Origin: Geosiphon pyriformis uo1
Taxonomy: Eukaryota; Fungi; Glomeromycota
Length of the DNA: 64,000 bases
Assembly: GCA_016748015.1 (NCBI GenBank)
Contig: JAAOMT010000529.1
Span: 282,194 to 346,193 of the forward strand
Direction of reading: 5' to 3'
Part shown: in pieces, positions 62,719-64,000 of the stretch
How the letters are laid out: each line of letters starts with the position of its first letter
Numbering within the stretch: position 1 is the first letter of the stretch
Made by a program: the position numbers and the translations under genes
Notes under the pieces: model-generated
Databases searched by the model: none
The model's input: the letters and a program-made list of their open reading frames with translations, nothing else
What the model was told of the DNA's origin: nothing

Positions 62719-64000
62719 TAGAGTCCTCCCGAAAAGTGATGGCGGGGTATTTTTTTTATACATAATAATTTCTGTTTAAATTTTAACATTTAATAGATAT
62801 ATAAGTAAAGAATATATATGCAAAAAATTAATATTTAATATGTCCTCCTTTTACACTAATACAATCTTGAATTCGATTTTACATACTAGTAATACAGTTA
62901 AAAATGGCCTCATTAGACAGATTATTCCATTCTTCTTCTACTATTGTAATAAAAATCGCTTGAGAGATATTTTTTTGTGTGCTATTATTGCTTTGAGTTT
63001 TTTCTCAACATTTCGTTTAAGAATAGCCCAAATATTCTCAATTGGATTGAGATCTGGACTATATGATGGCCAAGACAAAACGCGATTTGGCAGTTGCATC
63101 TCAAGATCTGCGCGAACATCTTTTGAAGTATGCTTTGGATCGTTATCATGCTGGAAAATCCAACGTTGTCGTCCATATATGCTAGTTGCATTGTAATATA
63201 AATTCTCATTGAGAATTTTACGATAAAGATGTCGGTCCATATTTTCTGTAAAGATGCACATTCCAACTTTTCCATATGCACAAATTGCTCCCCACATATG
63301 AAGTTTAAATGGATGTTTTACCATTGGTGCAATAGGTTTACCCGAATGAGACCAAGCCAAGCAAGTATTTCGAAACATTTGTAAAGTTGTTTCATCTGAA
63401 AATACTACTTTGCGCCAATTATAATTAGAATGTTCTTGAGCCCATACTAATCGGTTTTGTTTGGCTTGTTCGGTGAGTAGAGGTACACGTCTTGGTAAAA
63501 CATCTGTATAACCAAGCCTAGAAAGTTCACTTATTTCAATCTCAGGATATGTTTTTGCAAGTTGTGCCTTGATTTCAATTGCTGTAGTAAAGTGATTTCG
63601 ATTTACGATTTTTCCAATCTGGCGACGCATTTTTGGTAAAGTTTTTCGTGGACGACCTGAACGATGAATTGCTCGAATTTGACCATTTTTACGAAGTTGT
63701 CCTATATATCGTTCACAAGAGCGAAGAGGAACATTAGTTTTTCGAGATATTTCGGTTGGACTTCGATAACCTTGTTGCCAAAATCTCTTAACGACTTCAC
63801 GATTGAATTTTACAGGATTATATTTCATTACAAGAAATAAAACGCGTTATTGATCAAAACAATTTTGTTTTAAAAAATAAAAATAGTAGCATGGAATGTA
63901 TGCGGCGTACAAATTATTACTTAAAATGTCTTAACAATAGCTGATCGGACCATAATAAGAATTACGCGCCGCAAGAGTTACCCCGCCATTACTTTTCGGG
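62719..64000 (-). mobile_element. Tc1/mariner (IS630-Tc1) DNA transposon; right TIR cut by the window edge
   Basis: TIR CCCGAAAAGTGATGGCGGGGTA (62728-62749) is inverted at 63979-64000 with 1 mismatch. TA flanks the left end. Confidence 0.9.
62828..63828 (-). pseudogene. Tc1-like DD35E transposase, inactivated
   Basis: Motifs HRSGRPRK, VVFSDET, FQHDNDPKH and SPDLNPIENIW, with 35 residues between the second D and E. Apparent short in-frame deletion in the second HTH (EIS^ELSRLGY). Frameshift near 62970, after which EEEWNNLS...SM*NRIQDCISVKGGHIKY* continues. Confidence 0.88.

Overview
AT-rich eukaryotic DNA. The TKL kinase and repeat families point to a Glomeromycotina (arbuscular-mycorrhizal-type) fungus; this is inference. 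Bases ~1-53,850 are a nest of degenerate retroelements. There are two LINE pieces, five copies of an unusual Ty3/Gypsy LTR retrotransposon group (A 2576-12646 +; C 14426-23889 -; D 23890-53849 +; E 32809-53547 -; F 40152-51186 +) and two solo LTRs, most boundaries confirmed by 4-bp TSDs. The shared layout is LTR - PBS - one Gag-PR-(Cys-rich insert)-dUTPase-(dUTPase-like spacer)-RT-RNaseH ORF that appears to start at GUG - conserved stop - a SEPARATE integrase ORF with its own ATG - an unknown non-env ORF3 - PPT - LTR. Three LTR families carry a covarying hairpin with a 6-nt palindromic loop (kissing-loop/DIS-like). U3 motif arrays co-vary with ORF3 type. The retroelements show almost purely C>T/G>A hypermutation with few indels (RIP-like). 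Bases 53,850-61,100 are extremely AT-rich, with a kinase pseudogene fragment and a pogo relic. After that come an intron-containing tyrosine-kinase-like gene and a Tc1-type DD35E transposon that runs off the window end. All calls were made by eye; no searches were run.
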